Source of the DNA: Camelus ferus
Lineage: Eukaryota
Direction of reading: 5' to 3'
DNA: 64,000 bases
Assembly: GCF_009834535.1 (NCBI RefSeq)
Contig: NC_045704.1
Span: forward strand, 43,586,001-43,650,000
Part shown: positions 25,540 to 38,100 of the stretch, piece after piece
Layout: each line of letters begins with the position of its first letter
How positions within the stretch are numbered: the stretch's first letter is position 1
Notes under the pieces: model-generated
What the model saw: only the letters and a program-made list of their open reading frames with translations
What the model was told of the DNA's origin: nothing
Database searches by the model: none
Translations under genes and position numbers: made by a program

Positions 25540-26220
25540 TTTTTAACAGCTTTGTTGTAGAATAATTTACATACAATCATATTCACCCATTTTAGATGTA
25601 TAGTTTGATAAATTTGGATAAATGTATAAGACACACAACTACTAAGTTTTAGGGTGCATTTGTTGCTCCAAAATTTCCTTTATGACCCTTTGCACTGCCC
25701 TCACCCTGACCCACACAACCACTAAACCGCTTTCTGTCGCTATAGTTTGCCTTTTCCAAGTGTCATAGAAATGGAATCATCTTTTTACTGGCTTCTGTCT
25801 CTTAGTACACTGTTTTTGAGATTCAGCCAGTAGTTCTTCTCTTTTCTTGCTGAGTAGTATTCTATACATGACATGCCACATTTTATGCATTCACCCCTTG
25901 ATGGACATTTGAGTGATTTCTATTTTTTGTCTATTTTTAATAAAGTTCNNNNNNNNNNNNNNNNNNNNNNNNNNNNNNNNNNNNNNNNNNNNNNNNNNNN
26001 NNNNNNNNNNNNNNNNNNNNNNNNNNNNNNNNNNNNNNNNNNNNNNNNNNNNNNNNNNNNNNNNNNNNNNNNNNNNNNTTTCAAAGCAACTACCATTTTT
26101 GCATGCCCACCAGCATATATGCGGGTTCCAATTGCTCTATATTCTCACCAGCACTTGGTCTTATCAGTCTTTTACGTTTGATTAATTTTAATGGGTATGT
26201 AGTGGTATCTCATTGTGGTG
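25540..26220 (-). mobile_element. L1 fragment containing gap 25949-26078
   Basis: ccccttgatggacatttgag and gtatctcattgtggt are L1 motifs. Confidence 0.65.
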
Positions 26221-27144
26221 GTTTCTCTCTCTCTCTCTCTCTAACACCAGCTCCTGCATATACCTATGAATCAAGATTCAGGGAGAGGGAGCAGCCCCGC
26301 CAGGGAGGCTTCCAAAGAGGATCAGGAAGCTGCACTGGTTATTTTTGGCAGGACAGAACTTTGACCCTAAGGCTCCCCAGCTCAAGCTGCCAGCTGGAAC
26401 CCCAGAGAGGATCTGGCAAGTTGTCCTGGCACGACTCTCAGCCTGTCTCTCATCAAATCAGCACTGCCAACTGTTCAAATTAGCAAATATTTGCCAGTGC
26501 CCCACACCCTCCACATCCCCCGCCTCCACTCCCAGTCAGCCAGGTTCCTGACACTGAGGCCCAGAGGTGAGTCCTGCCCTTCCCTGGGTGAGGGTCTGCC
26601 ACACCAGCAGGGAGACAGACACCCTGACAGACCGCGTTGTGACACAAGAACAGGCTCCCACTGGCTCTGGTTTCATGCTGCGTGTTTTCACAATGTAACG
26701 TCACTTTGACCCTGTGAGCCAATTCCTCCTATCATCGCTGTTTTATGGATGATAAAACTAGGCCCAGAGCTGTGAAATAACTTGTACCAGGTCACACAGC
26801 TGTCACTTGGCAGAGCCAGGATTTGAGTGCAGGAGGTCTGGCTCTTAAGTCCTATCTTCCCTGGATTTGGAATGGGGTTTGAGTTGTTAATAGGAATCTT
26901 CCTCCCCGCAACCCACCCCCAGCATCCCTACCTGCAGACCCCAGCTCTCCCTGCCCTGGAGTCTCAGGGCCACCTAAGGGTAGTGCCCTGCATCTGCCTT
27001 GTCATCTGAGGGTCCTCCAAGAGAGTTACCTACATGAGAAGGTCACCCCAACATACACCCTGGGTGTCCTCAGTCCTGGGGCCCCATGGCAGGGCTGCTC
27101 CTGCCCAAGGCACTGAGGCTCTGTAAGAGCATCATCTAACCACC

Positions 27145-27890
27145 ATGGAAAAGAACTTGTCCATTTTTCAAAACATTAAACATAGAGTTACCATATCACC
27201 GGCAANNNNNNNNNNNNNNNNNNNNNNNNNNNNNNNNNNNNNNNNNNNNNNNNNNNNNNNNNNNNNNNNNNNNNNNNNNNNNNNNNNNNNNNNNNNNNNN
27301 NNNNNNNNNNNNNNNNNNNNNNNNNNNNNNNNNNNNNNNNNNNNNNNNNNNNNNNNNTACAGCCCTACGGTGAAATATTACTTAGCCATAAAAAGGAACA
27401 AAGTACAGGGAGGGAGGGTGTAGCTCAGTGGTTGAGTGCGTGCTTAGCATGCGCAAGGTCCTGGGTTCAATCTCCAGTACCTTCGTTAAAATAAAAAAAA
27501 AGGAACAAAGTACTGATAAGTGCTACAACTTGGATGAACCATAAAAACATGCTGCTAAGTGAAAGAAAACAGACACAAAAGCTCACATATTATATGATTG
27601 CTTTTATGTGACATATCCAGAATAGGTATATCTATAGAGGCAGAAAGTTTATTAATGATTATCAGGTTATCAGGGGAGGTGGGGAGAGGCATGGTAGGTA
27701 AGGGGCAGGGGTAGGAACAGCAAGTAACTAATTAATGGGTACAGGGTGTTTTGCTGGGGTAATGAAAGTATTTTGTAACTAGAGCAATATGGTAGTTGCA
27801 CAAAATTGCAAATACACTAAATGCCACTGAACTGTATACTTTATAATGGTCAGTTGTATGTTATGTGAATTTAACCTCAATTTAAAAAAA
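27145..27890 (+). mobile_element. L1 3' fragment containing gap 27206-27357 and a SINE
   Basis: aacattaaacatagagttaccatat, ctaagtgaaagaaaacagacacaaaa; ends tgaatttaacctcaatttaaaaaaa. Confidence 0.7.
27407..27497 (+). mobile_element. tRNA-derived SINE (vic-1-like) with TSD
   Basis: gggtgtagctcagtggttgagtgcgtgcttagcatg...ggttcaatctccag plus A tail. TSD aaaaggaacaaagtac at 27391-27406 and ~27498-27513. Confidence 0.88.
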
Positions 27891-28610
27891 AATAGTATCA
27901 ACTTCAGTTCCCTCCACCCTGCATCAGGGCTCAGACACACCTCCTGGCAGGCAGGACTAGACACCAACCCCCACCTCAGGCCTGACTGGGGTCATGGCCA
28001 CCACTTCCTCAGGTGGGTGATATGTGTATTTTGCAATGAGTGTACAAGATCTCATAGAAGTCATGGAGTCAGGAGACTGGAACTTGAACCTGGAGCTGCA
28101 GAGCCCTGGGCTGGCATGTCACCCAGGCCCCTGCAGGGCACTCTCCCTGCCCCGCCTCCCCCCTCCCCAAGTCTGGGCACTAGATGCTTGTTCTTAGGGC
28201 TGCCACCAGCCAGCTGGGGCTGGAGGCTGAGGTTTTCCTAGCAGCCCTTTAGAGACTGGTTGTGCCAAAGGGCAGGGATTTTATCTTATTCCACCTTCTG
28301 CCACTTCTGCCAGCAGCCAGTTGTGAGCGAGGAGCATGGAGGCAGCAGTAAGAACTGGGTCCAGGATCCTGGTCTGGGTGGCCTGTCTACTCCTGCCATT
28401 CTCTGCTACAGCCGCTGGTAAGACACCCCTGCAGGGCCTCCAGAGGTGGGAGCTTCTGGGTTTGTGGGAGGATTTGAGGGGAGGGGGCAAGAGTGAGGTA
28501 GGGACAGGAAAGGGTGGGCAGCCTGCCCAGGGAAGGAGCCCTCCATTCATTCGGAGGAATGCCAGGGGTTGTACGTCCTCTCTGGGCGGGGGCTCTGTCC
28601 TCACAGGCTG

Positions 28611-28634
28611 GTGTGTGTGTGTGTGTGTGTGTGT
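28611..28634. repeat. (GT)12 microsatellite
   Basis: Read directly. Confidence 0.9.
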
Positions 28635-31600
28635 GAGCTATCTGAGGTTCAGAGAGGGTGAGTGCCTTGCCCAAGGCCTGAGCCCACTCCCCATCCCCCA
28701 CCCCACAGGTCTGTGAGTTCCAGAAGAGCTTGGTTCCTTTACTCTAAGTAATAGTTTGGCCTGGAGGAGAAAGGTGGTGATGCAGGGTAGGGAGGAGGAA
28801 GTGGTGGGTAATCACAAAGACCATCTCACAGGCAGCCTGGGGAAGTTCACCTAAGGGCTCAGAACAGGGCGTGGCAGAGGTGCTCAGAGAGCAAACATTT
28901 TAGTGACTCCGTCTGCCACCCATCCTCTTGTGGAAGCTGCCACTCACCCACAGCCCCTCTGTCCTGCCCTCAGGACCAGGGATCACTCAGCCTGAAGTAG
29001 ACACCACCCTTGGCAGCATGCGGAGCTGGCAGGTGGGCGTGAAGGGCACAGACCGGCTCGTGAATGTCTTCCTGGGCATCCCGTTCGCCCAGCCACCCTT
29101 GGGGCCCAGCCAGTTCTCTGCCCCACGCCCAGCGCCGTCCTGGGAGGGTGTGCGGGATGCCAGCACGGTCCCTGCAATGTAAGGAGCCCCGGTGGAGGCG
29201 GGCAAGCTAGCAAGTAGTGGGAGTTCAGCTGCTAGGGTTTGTGGGGCTGACCTATTGGCCCTCGGGCTCCTCCCCAGCCACAGGTGCCTACAGGATATGG
29301 AGAGAATTAACAACAGCCGATTTACGCTGGACGGAAAACACCAGCTCTTTCCGATTTCGGAGGACTGCCTGATCCTCAACATCTACAGCCCAGCTGAGGC
29401 CACCTCAGGGGCTGGGAGGCTGGTGTGCAGCCCAGAGGGCCCTGTCCATCCAGCCCACTCCGCCTGGCCTGCCACCTTGCCATCCCTGCTCTGAAACCAC
29501 TCCGGGGGTCCCATGAATGACCTGCCCTGATAGGCTGGGGGGCGTCACTGACCCGTGGCCATCTCTGCAGGTCATGGCATGGATCCATGGGGGCTCTTTC
29601 GTGGTTGGCGCCGCCACTTCCCACAATGGCTCAGCCCTGGCCGCCTACGGGGATATGGTAGTGGTCACAGTCCAATACCGGCTGGGGATCCCTGGCTTCT
29701 TCAGGTGAGGTGGCAGTCCTGGCAGAGGATATTGACTGCACTGAGGAGAGGCCAGCTCGTGAGAGGAGCTGGGGATCTAGAGTGAGGGTCTGGAGCTTGA
29801 AGGAAGATCTCCTGGGCCAGCAGGATATCTGAGGCAGAGAAGGGTGCTTCCCCAGGCTCCACCCTGAGGGAGGGGCTCAACCAAAGCCAGCAGTTTTCAG
29901 TGGACTTTGTCCTTTGGGAAGAAAGTGTTGGCTTCTGGTCTGGGGCCAGCAGGGCATGGGGGTCAAGGAACAAAGAGCTTTAGCAAGCACTTAAGAGCCA
30001 GAGCTGGCAGTTGGCCTAGCCAGGCCCTCCCATTCCACGTGCTGGGTATATGAATACCAAGTGTGGTTCATAGCCAGGCCAGACTTGGGGAGCAGGAGAA
30101 AGTCTGGCATCCTAGTGGCTGGCTCAAAGCAAACCTGCAAAGGCTGAAGAAAGTTTGTCAGGGGAGCCAGCCCACCCTAACCACTGCCCCACTCTACCCC
30201 CAGCACTGGGGACAAGCACGCCCCTGGCAACTGGGGCTTCCTTGATGTAGTGGCTGCTCTGCGCTGGGTGCAGGGGAACATCACCCCCTTTGGAGGTGAC
30301 TTCAACTCTGTCACCATCTTTGGTGGATCTGCTGGTGCCTGCATCGTCTCTGCCCTGGTGAGTCACCAAAGGGGCTAGTGATGGTGTCTCCTGTGGCCCC
30401 AGACCTCCCAGATCTTCTGCCCTCTTCTGACGGCCATCTGTCCTCTACATTGCACCCAGGTCCTGTCCCCACTGGCTGCAGGGCTGTTCCACAGAGCTAT
30501 AGCACAGAGTGGAATCATCACCTTACCAGGATTTCTGAGTTCTGACCCCTGGCCCCTGGCTCAGGTCTGCATTTCTTTCACTCTCTTACCCCATTTGTAC
30601 CTGCCACATCCCACCCTGTGTTTGCCCTGGAGTCCCAGAGTGGAGGTCTTACCAGTAGAGAGCTTCTTGTTGGCAGAGAGGGACCAACTAGGATGAAGGA
30701 AGCACACAACCTGTGAGAACTCAGAGAAAACCATCAGTGCCACCAGGTATGACATGATCCAAGAAATTATCCCTTCAGCCTCGCTTCCTACTGACTCCCT
30801 GATCTGCTTCCAGCCTCAGCACTGACCCCCATTCCCTCCCTACCAGAGTAGCCCATGCTGGAATCCCTCCCCATCTAAACTATATCTCATTTCCTTATTC
30901 ACTCCACAAATCTTTACTGATCCCACTGGCTCTGAGAATAGAGTTAACTTGGTAATAACACTTTCCTCAGAAGGGTAAAGGAGACCTAAACACACATACA
31001 GATAATGACAGTATGATGTAATGGGGGACACAAAGGCTGCTTGGGGACCACCCAGGCTGGTGAGCAAGGAAGGCTTCTCTGGGTTGGTGGCAGGTGTCTG
31101 GCTAGTGTCAAGGTCCCATCTCTAACATCGTCACCCCAGCCCTCCTACGGATGCATCTCCTCTCTATGGGAGGCAGGGGGCTGGAAGGTGGGCAATGATG
31201 GATGAGAGAGAGAGGCAAGACACTCTTGTCTGTCCCCAGAGCTTTGCCAGCTCCTTGGCCTGTGGCTCTAACTCCTTGGCTGAGATGTTGCAGTGCCTTC
31301 GGCAGAAGTCAAGCAAGGAACTGATGCTTGCAGAGAAGTTGGTAAACCCACCTCTTAGGGGACAGTGGTGGGCAGTGGCACAGAAGGGGTCCTGTCCAGT
31401 TCCTGTGGGAGCAGAGAGGCAATTTGCAGTCCGGGGTGAGGCTTAAGGTAGCCACCTCTGAGAGGTAGTGGCTGAGGGCCCAACTAGGCCCGGCGCCATG
31501 AAGGCAGGGCCGCCCCAGCCTCAAGGGCAGGCCTGTCTTCTAAGGAAGAGGACTGCTCAGAAGCATCGCTTGACTGGTCTCCCGACCCTCACTGGTCCTC

Positions 31601-32570
31601 TCGCCCTAGTGACCTCATCCCCTCCCTTTCCTCAAGGTTTAGCCACTCAGACATGCAGCCAAGTGACCTTTGGGGTCCCATATTTTGAGGCTTGATCCTG
31701 ACTGGGAGGCCCTCTGACTTGCTTTCTCCTGCAAAAGGGTACAGCTTTCTATACCATTGACGGCACCTTCTTTCCCAAGAGCCCCAATGAGCTCCTGAGG
31801 GAGAGGCAGCTCCACTCTGTGCCCTTCCTCCTGGGTGTCAACGATCACAAGTTTGGCTGGCTCATCCCCAAGGTGAGTGTGCCCTTCAATGCCCTGCCCT
31901 AGACAGTGCTCTCCTGCCCCAGTACCATTCCCACAGCCTGTAAGCTGAGCACTTCTGTTTGATAGGTGAGAAAGCTGAGGTTGAGAGGTTTAAGGGACTT
32001 GCTCAAGGTTACCCAGCTTAATTTTCTGAAAGCAAATGTTTCCTTCCTGAGAACCAAATCTTTGCACTTTCTAGGCAGTGTCGATCCACAGCATACTCCT
32101 GCTTTGGTTCCTAGTTGATACATCAGGCTCTATGAGACTGGTTAGCATGACTCTGCCTGAGAGACTAACCATCAAAGACTCTCAGGTTTCAGACAGCAAG
32201 TCACAGCCCAAGTGCCTTCCAGCGCACTGAACTCCCCACACAGAGCATCAGCATTGCACTTTCCTTCTGAGCATCCTGTCCTATCATTCTCACTCTGCCC
32301 AGCTTCACAGTAACTGATTTAATGACTGCAAAACTGTCCACAAAAAAAAGGGTCTCATCATAATGTTCCTTCATTTCAGCACTTGGGCAGCTTCTTGTTT
32401 TTACCACTGAAGCTACTAGTGCAGTGAACCCCTTCATGTCCACAGCTTTTGTCCTCTGACTTAGTCCTTTGGATTTCATCCCCAGGAGGGGCATCTGAGT
32501 GCTTGCTGGATGAGAGCATCAAGGAATCTTGATACTCAAAGATGAAGTTTGTAGGGGTCTCCAGGCCAGT

Positions 32571-32573
<3 letters not shown>

Positions 32574-32608
<35 letters not shown>

Positions 32609-32628
32609 TGTGTGTGTGTTTGTGTGTG
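32574..32628. repeat. Interrupted (GT)n microsatellite
   Basis: Read directly. Confidence 0.9.
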
Positions 32629-34585
32629 ATGGCAGAAGAGTGTTAAGGGGAAACACTGCCCTGGACTCTGATAGGCAGCCTCACCCTGATACTGTCAACT
32701 TGGAGTTGTGAGTGTAAAAGAGAGCCAACCTTGCTGGTACCCAAGACCTGGGCAAACCTGCCTAGTGTGGAGTGCTATGTCCAGGACTTTGTAGCCAAAG
32801 ATGCTTCTCTGGAATTGAGTGCTGCCCACCCTACAGCTGGAGCAGATGTTCCCTCCACCCGCCTTGTTCTCCAAGAACAAAACTGTAAATTGTTCAGCCA
32901 ACCAGATTTCTACTAAATATCCTTGGTGAAAGCATTAGCCCTGGAAAGTAATTCATACCGCTCGTGGAGACCTCTCCACTTCTTACGTATTGCCTTTGGC
33001 ATAACACTTTCTGAAATTGCTCTGCCAATTTAAACTGCTGCCAGCAACTTGATTCTATAGGTTTGATTGCAACTATACCAGCATTTGCAGACCATAATTT
33101 TAGAAATATCAACTTTATTGAGATATAATTTGCATACCATAAAATTTACCCTTTTAAGAGTACAATTCAGTGGTTTTGAGTATACTCACAAAGTTGCACA
33201 ATTATCCCACTATCTTCTTCCAGGACATTTGCATTACCCTAAAAAGAAGTCTGTACCCATTAGCTGTCACTTCTCATTCCCCCTCCCCCCCAGCCCCTGG
33301 CAATCAGGAATCTACTTTCTGTCTCTGATCTACTTTCTGTGAAATCTATGGATTTGCCTATTCTGGACATTTCATATAAATAGAATCATACAATATATGG
33401 TTTTTGGTGTCTGACTTCTTTTACCTAGCATAATGTTTTCAAGGTTCATCCATGGTGTAGCATGTATCACTACTTCATTCTTTTTTATGGCTGGATAGTC
33501 CACTGTATGGATACACCACATTCTGTTTATCCAACCATCCATTGCTAGACAGTTGGGTTGTTTCTACCTTCTTGGCCATTATGGATTATCCTACTATAAA
33601 CACTCATGTACCAGTTTTTGTGCAAATATATGACAATTTCTCTTGGTTATATACTTAGGAATGGAATTACTGGGTCATATAGTAACTCTATGTTTTTAAT
33701 CATTTTAGGAACTGCCAAACTATTTTCCAAAGTAACTGCACCATTTTCCATTCCCCCCAGCAGTGTATGAGGATTTCAGTTACTCTGCATCCTTGCCAAC
33801 GCTTGTTATTATCTCTCGTTTTGGGTATAGTCATCCCAGGGGGTGTGCAGTGGTATCTCATTGTGGTTTTGAGTTGCACTTCCCTAATGACTAAAACGTT
33901 GAGCATCTTTTCATGTGCTTATTGGCTATTTTTATAATATTCTTTGGAGAAATGTCTTCTGAAATCCTTTGCCCATTTTCAAATTGGATTGTTTGTCTTT
34001 TTATTGTTGAGTTATAAATTTTTCATGTGTTCTAGATACAAGTCCCTTATAAGATACATGATTTTTGAATGTTTTTCCCATTCTCTGAGCTTTTTCACTT
34101 TGTTGTCAGTATTCTTCACAACACAAAAACTATTTTGTGAAGTTCAATTCATTTTTTCTTTGGTTGCTTGGCCTTTTAGTGTCATATCTAAGAAATGATT
34201 GCCTAATCCAAAGTCATAAATCTGTATGTCTTCTTCTAAGAATTTTATAGTTCTAGCCAATACATTTAGGTCTAGATTCATTTGAAGTTAATTTTTGTAT
34301 ATAGTATGAGTTAAGGATTCTTTTGCATGTGGTTATTCAGTTGTCCCTGCATCATTTGTTGAACAAATTATTCTTTCCTTATTTGAACTGTCTTGGTACC
34401 CTTATTGAAAATCAGTTGACCATGAATGAAGGAATTATTTCTGGACTTCGCACTCTACTTCATTAATTTCTATGTCTATCCTTATGCCACTGCCGCACTG
34501 TCTTGATTACTGCAGTTTTGTAGGAAGTTTTGAAATAGGAAAGTGTGACTCCTCCAACTTTGTTTGTTTGTTTGTTTGTTTGTAT

Positions 34586-34659
34586 TTTGGGGGAGTGGTA
34601 ATTAGGTATTTATTTATTTGCCACCACGCACTCTACCACTGGGCTATACCCACCCCTCC
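34586..34659 (-). mobile_element. Internally deleted tRNA-derived SINE
   Basis: Has the tail (gtggtaattaggtatttattt) and head (ctctaccactgggctataccc) but lacks the central B-box segment. Flanked by actttgtt-like duplicates. Confidence 0.6.
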
Positions 34660-34685
34660 ACTTTGTTCTTCTTTTTCAAGATTAC

Positions 34686-35128
34686 TGTAGTACTTTGCTA
34701 GGGTTGCCATAACAAAGGACAGCAATCTGGGTGGCTCAAACAACAGAAGGTATTGTCTCAGTTCTAGAGGTGAGAAGTCTGAAATCAAGGTGCTAGCAGG
34801 GTTGGTTCCTTCTGAGGGCCGCGAGAGAGAATCCGTGCCTCTTTCCTAATTTCTGGTAGCCTCAGCCATTCCTTGGCTTATAGATGGCGTTCTCCCTCTG
34901 ACTTCACATTGTCTTCCCTCTGTACCGTCTGTCTCTGTGTCCTAATATTCCCTTTTCCCAAGGACATTAGACATATTGGTCTGAGGCCCACCCTAATGAT
35001 TACTTCTGTAATCATCTTAATTTGCCAACTCTGTAAAGGCCTGACCTTTAAATAAGGTCACAGTCTGAGGTACTTGGAGTTATGACTCCACGTACCTTTT
35101 TTGTGGAACCACAATTCAATCCATAACA
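34686..35128 (+). mobile_element. MaLR (MLT1-type) solo LTR
   Basis: TG...CA ends; ctagggttgccataacaaa, gaagtctgaaatcaaggtg, aataaggtcaca...tgaggtact, cacaattcaatccataaca. Confidence 0.8.
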
Positions 35129-38100
35129 ATTGTTTTGGCTATTCTGGGCCTCCTGCATTTCCATGTGAATTATGATCAGCTTGCCCATTTCTGCCAAAAG
35201 AAAAAAAAAAAACCACCAAAAAACAAAAAAACCCAAAAACAAACAGCTGAGATTCTGATAAGGATCCTGCTGAATCTGTAGATCAGTTTGGGAAGTATTG
35301 CCACCTTAACAGTATTAAGCCTTCTGACCCGTGAACACAGACTACCTCCACTTAGGTCTTCTTTAATTTTCTCTCAATTATGTTTTCTGGTTTTTAATGT
35401 ACAGTTTTGTACTTCATTCATTAAATTTATTTCTAAGTATTTTATTCTTTTGATGCTATTGTAAATTGAATTGTTTTCTTAATATCATCTTTAGATTGTC
35501 CATTACTAGTGTACAGAAACACAATTGATTTTTGTATACTAATCTTGTAGACCATCTTTTTTTAAAAGTTTTGCTACTTTAACTTCTGTGGCCTTTAATT
35601 TAGTCCTTTTATTCCCAGTGAAGATTAATAGCTCCCTTTGGGTATAAACTCTTTGTGTTTATTCATTTGTGGATTTTCTGTACCTGTTCTTACAAAGATT
35701 AACAGAGCCTAGGAGCCATGAAATTAACTTTAATAACTAACATCTCCATCATGCTTACTCTGTATCAGGGTCTTTATATGTATTAATTCCATCCTCACTA
35801 CAATCCTACAAGGCAGGGTATTGTCACTCCTTTCACAGATTAAGAAACTGAGACACAGAGAGTTTAAGAAACTGGCCCATGTTGTGTGCCTAGTAAGTGG
35901 CAGAGCTGGGATTTGAACCCAGAGACTGTGCCCTTAAAACTGTAACATATAAAGCCAACATTTCACTTTAAAGACAACATTTGAACTTTCCCTGTAGCAG
36001 GGGCTACAGCATCTGGGGGTCTTGATGCTATTCTACAAAAATGTTGAACACATTCCCAAATTGCTGTTACCCACTTGCCTGTCGCTTTTTCCTCCCTCCC
36101 CAGTTGATCTCTTCGGGTCTGTGGACTGGTGGGTTTGGCTACCCTTGGCTCTGTAATGAATTCATGGGCACAGGGCTGTGAACACCTGCCTGCTCATTGC
36201 TGGGAGTTGGGCTGGGGGTGGGGTGGAGGTGATCAGGCTGCACTGAGAGGGCCTTGGTGTCCCTGCAGGGCTGGGGGATCCTGGATAAGATGAATCAGAT
36301 GAACCCGGAGGACTTGCTGGCCATCTTGAGGCCCTTCTTGACCAGTATGGTGAGACAAAAAGCAGGAAGGAGTAGTCCAGCGGGGGTTCTACCCAGCATA
36401 GTCTCTGCTTCTACCCTCCAACACCCATAGCTACCTCCCTACCGCCAAGCCCCATGGTCTAACTACTGACTTTTAGTTCCACCCACTAATCCCCTTGGAC
36501 AGGAATCAATGTGGTTCTCAAAGGAAGATTATCATCACCATCACCATCATCATCACCATCATTTTCATCACCAATAAGTGCATACCATGTGCCAGAGACT
36601 GTGCTGTGCTGAGCACAGGCATTCCTCTCCTTCAGTCTCATTACAACCCTGTGAAGTAGGGACTTCCATTAGACTCATTCTACAGATGAGGAAACTCAGG
36701 CTTATGGTGGATAAGGAGCAGAGGCAGAGCTCGAGCCAGCTGTCTGATCCCAGAGCTTCAGCTATTAAGAGCACACTGTCGTATGTGAAACCAGGTGGAC
36801 CTAGGGTCAAATTCCAACCTTGGCTACTTGTCCACAGTTATCCTAACTCCTCTGAGTCCATTTCTTCACCTGTAAATGAGGATGATACTTCTCGTCCACA
36901 TGAGCTGCTGTAAGAAGGATACTGGATGCTGCATTTGAAGAGTCTACCAGTGAGCTCTGGTACCCAGGAGGTGCTCAGTCTATGTGCATTTCCCTTCTTT
37001 GAGACCCCCCGGAGCCCTCCTCATTCACACAGCCTCATTACTGTTCTCTGGAGCTATGGGGAGTTCTCATGATTTGTTTTCCCACTAACATCCTGGTTAA
37101 CTTCAACTGAGCACTTGCTCCAGGCCAGAACCCTTTTACATAGGCTGCCAAACAAACTTCCAGGGAGGAACTGACTTTCAGAGAGGCTCAGCAACCTGTC
37201 TGAGGTCACAGAGCCAAGCAGTGATTGCAGAGCTAGCATATGACTCCAGATCTGACCTTATCCTGCCCAGACACCATCGAGAACTCCCCAAGGGGGCAAG
37301 TGGCCGGCCCCTGGCACATGAGCTCTGGGACATGAAAGAGGCCAGGCAGGAGGGTGTGGGGCCTCTTGGGAGTGTCTACTGTGCCTGTGGGACCTGAGCA
37401 GGCCTCTTGCTCCAGAATGTGCCTGCTGAGGTGATACCTACCATCATAGACGAATACCTAGGCAGCAGCTCAGATGGACAAGACAAATGAGAAGCCTTCC
37501 AGGAATTGATGAGTGACATTGTCATAAACTTTCCCATGCTGAATTTTTCAAGAAACCTCAGAGGTAAGCCCATCCTTGTCTGCCCGCCCCACCCTTCTCA
37601 CTTGGGCCCAGGGTTATCACAGGTGACATGGCCCCACATCCCATATCCCACTTCCTCTCTGGGATGCAGTGTCACAGCAGTGAGAAGTGACTCTGGTGGG
37701 GCACTCTGCAGAAGAGAAAACCAAGGCTCAGAGAGGTACAGTGACTTGTCAAAGGTCACCCAGGGCCTTTCATCAATTCTCAGGGATTCATTTGACTTAT
37801 GAGTGATTTCCTAAGCTTTCAGCCCTTCTCCTGGGAGGAAAGTCTTGCTTCCTCCAAGCCTCATGGTTAATCCCTAACACAGTCCTGAAACAGCTCCAGG
37901 TTCCTGTCTTTGTGACCTCAGGCAAGAAACCTAACCATTCTGTGCCTCAGTCTCCTCATTTGTAAAATGGGGATAATAATCTAATCCATAGGTTGTTATG
38001 AAGATGAAATGAACACATAAAGCACATGGAATGGTGCTCAACACCCAGCAAGTACTCAGTAAATGCTTGCTGTTCACCAGGTTGTCATCATCATTGTTAT

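Larger units (their letters stand above)
33097..35550 (-). mobile_element. L1 (L1M-type) fragment in CES3 intron 8 with nested LTR and SINE
   Basis: Continuous antisense L1 ORF2/3'UTR motifs (ttctggacatttcatataaatagaatcatac; gagcatcttttcatgtgcttattggc). Confidence 0.85.

Noticed and set aside
27407-27497. tRNA-like sequences (also 10335-10459 and 57887-57975)
   Set aside because: SINE heads with A tails and target-site duplications, not tRNA genes.
25540-27890. Oppositely oriented L1 fragments about 1 kb apart
   Set aside because: Old, visibly diverged independent insertions; no near-identical arms like those at 44.4/46.5 kb.
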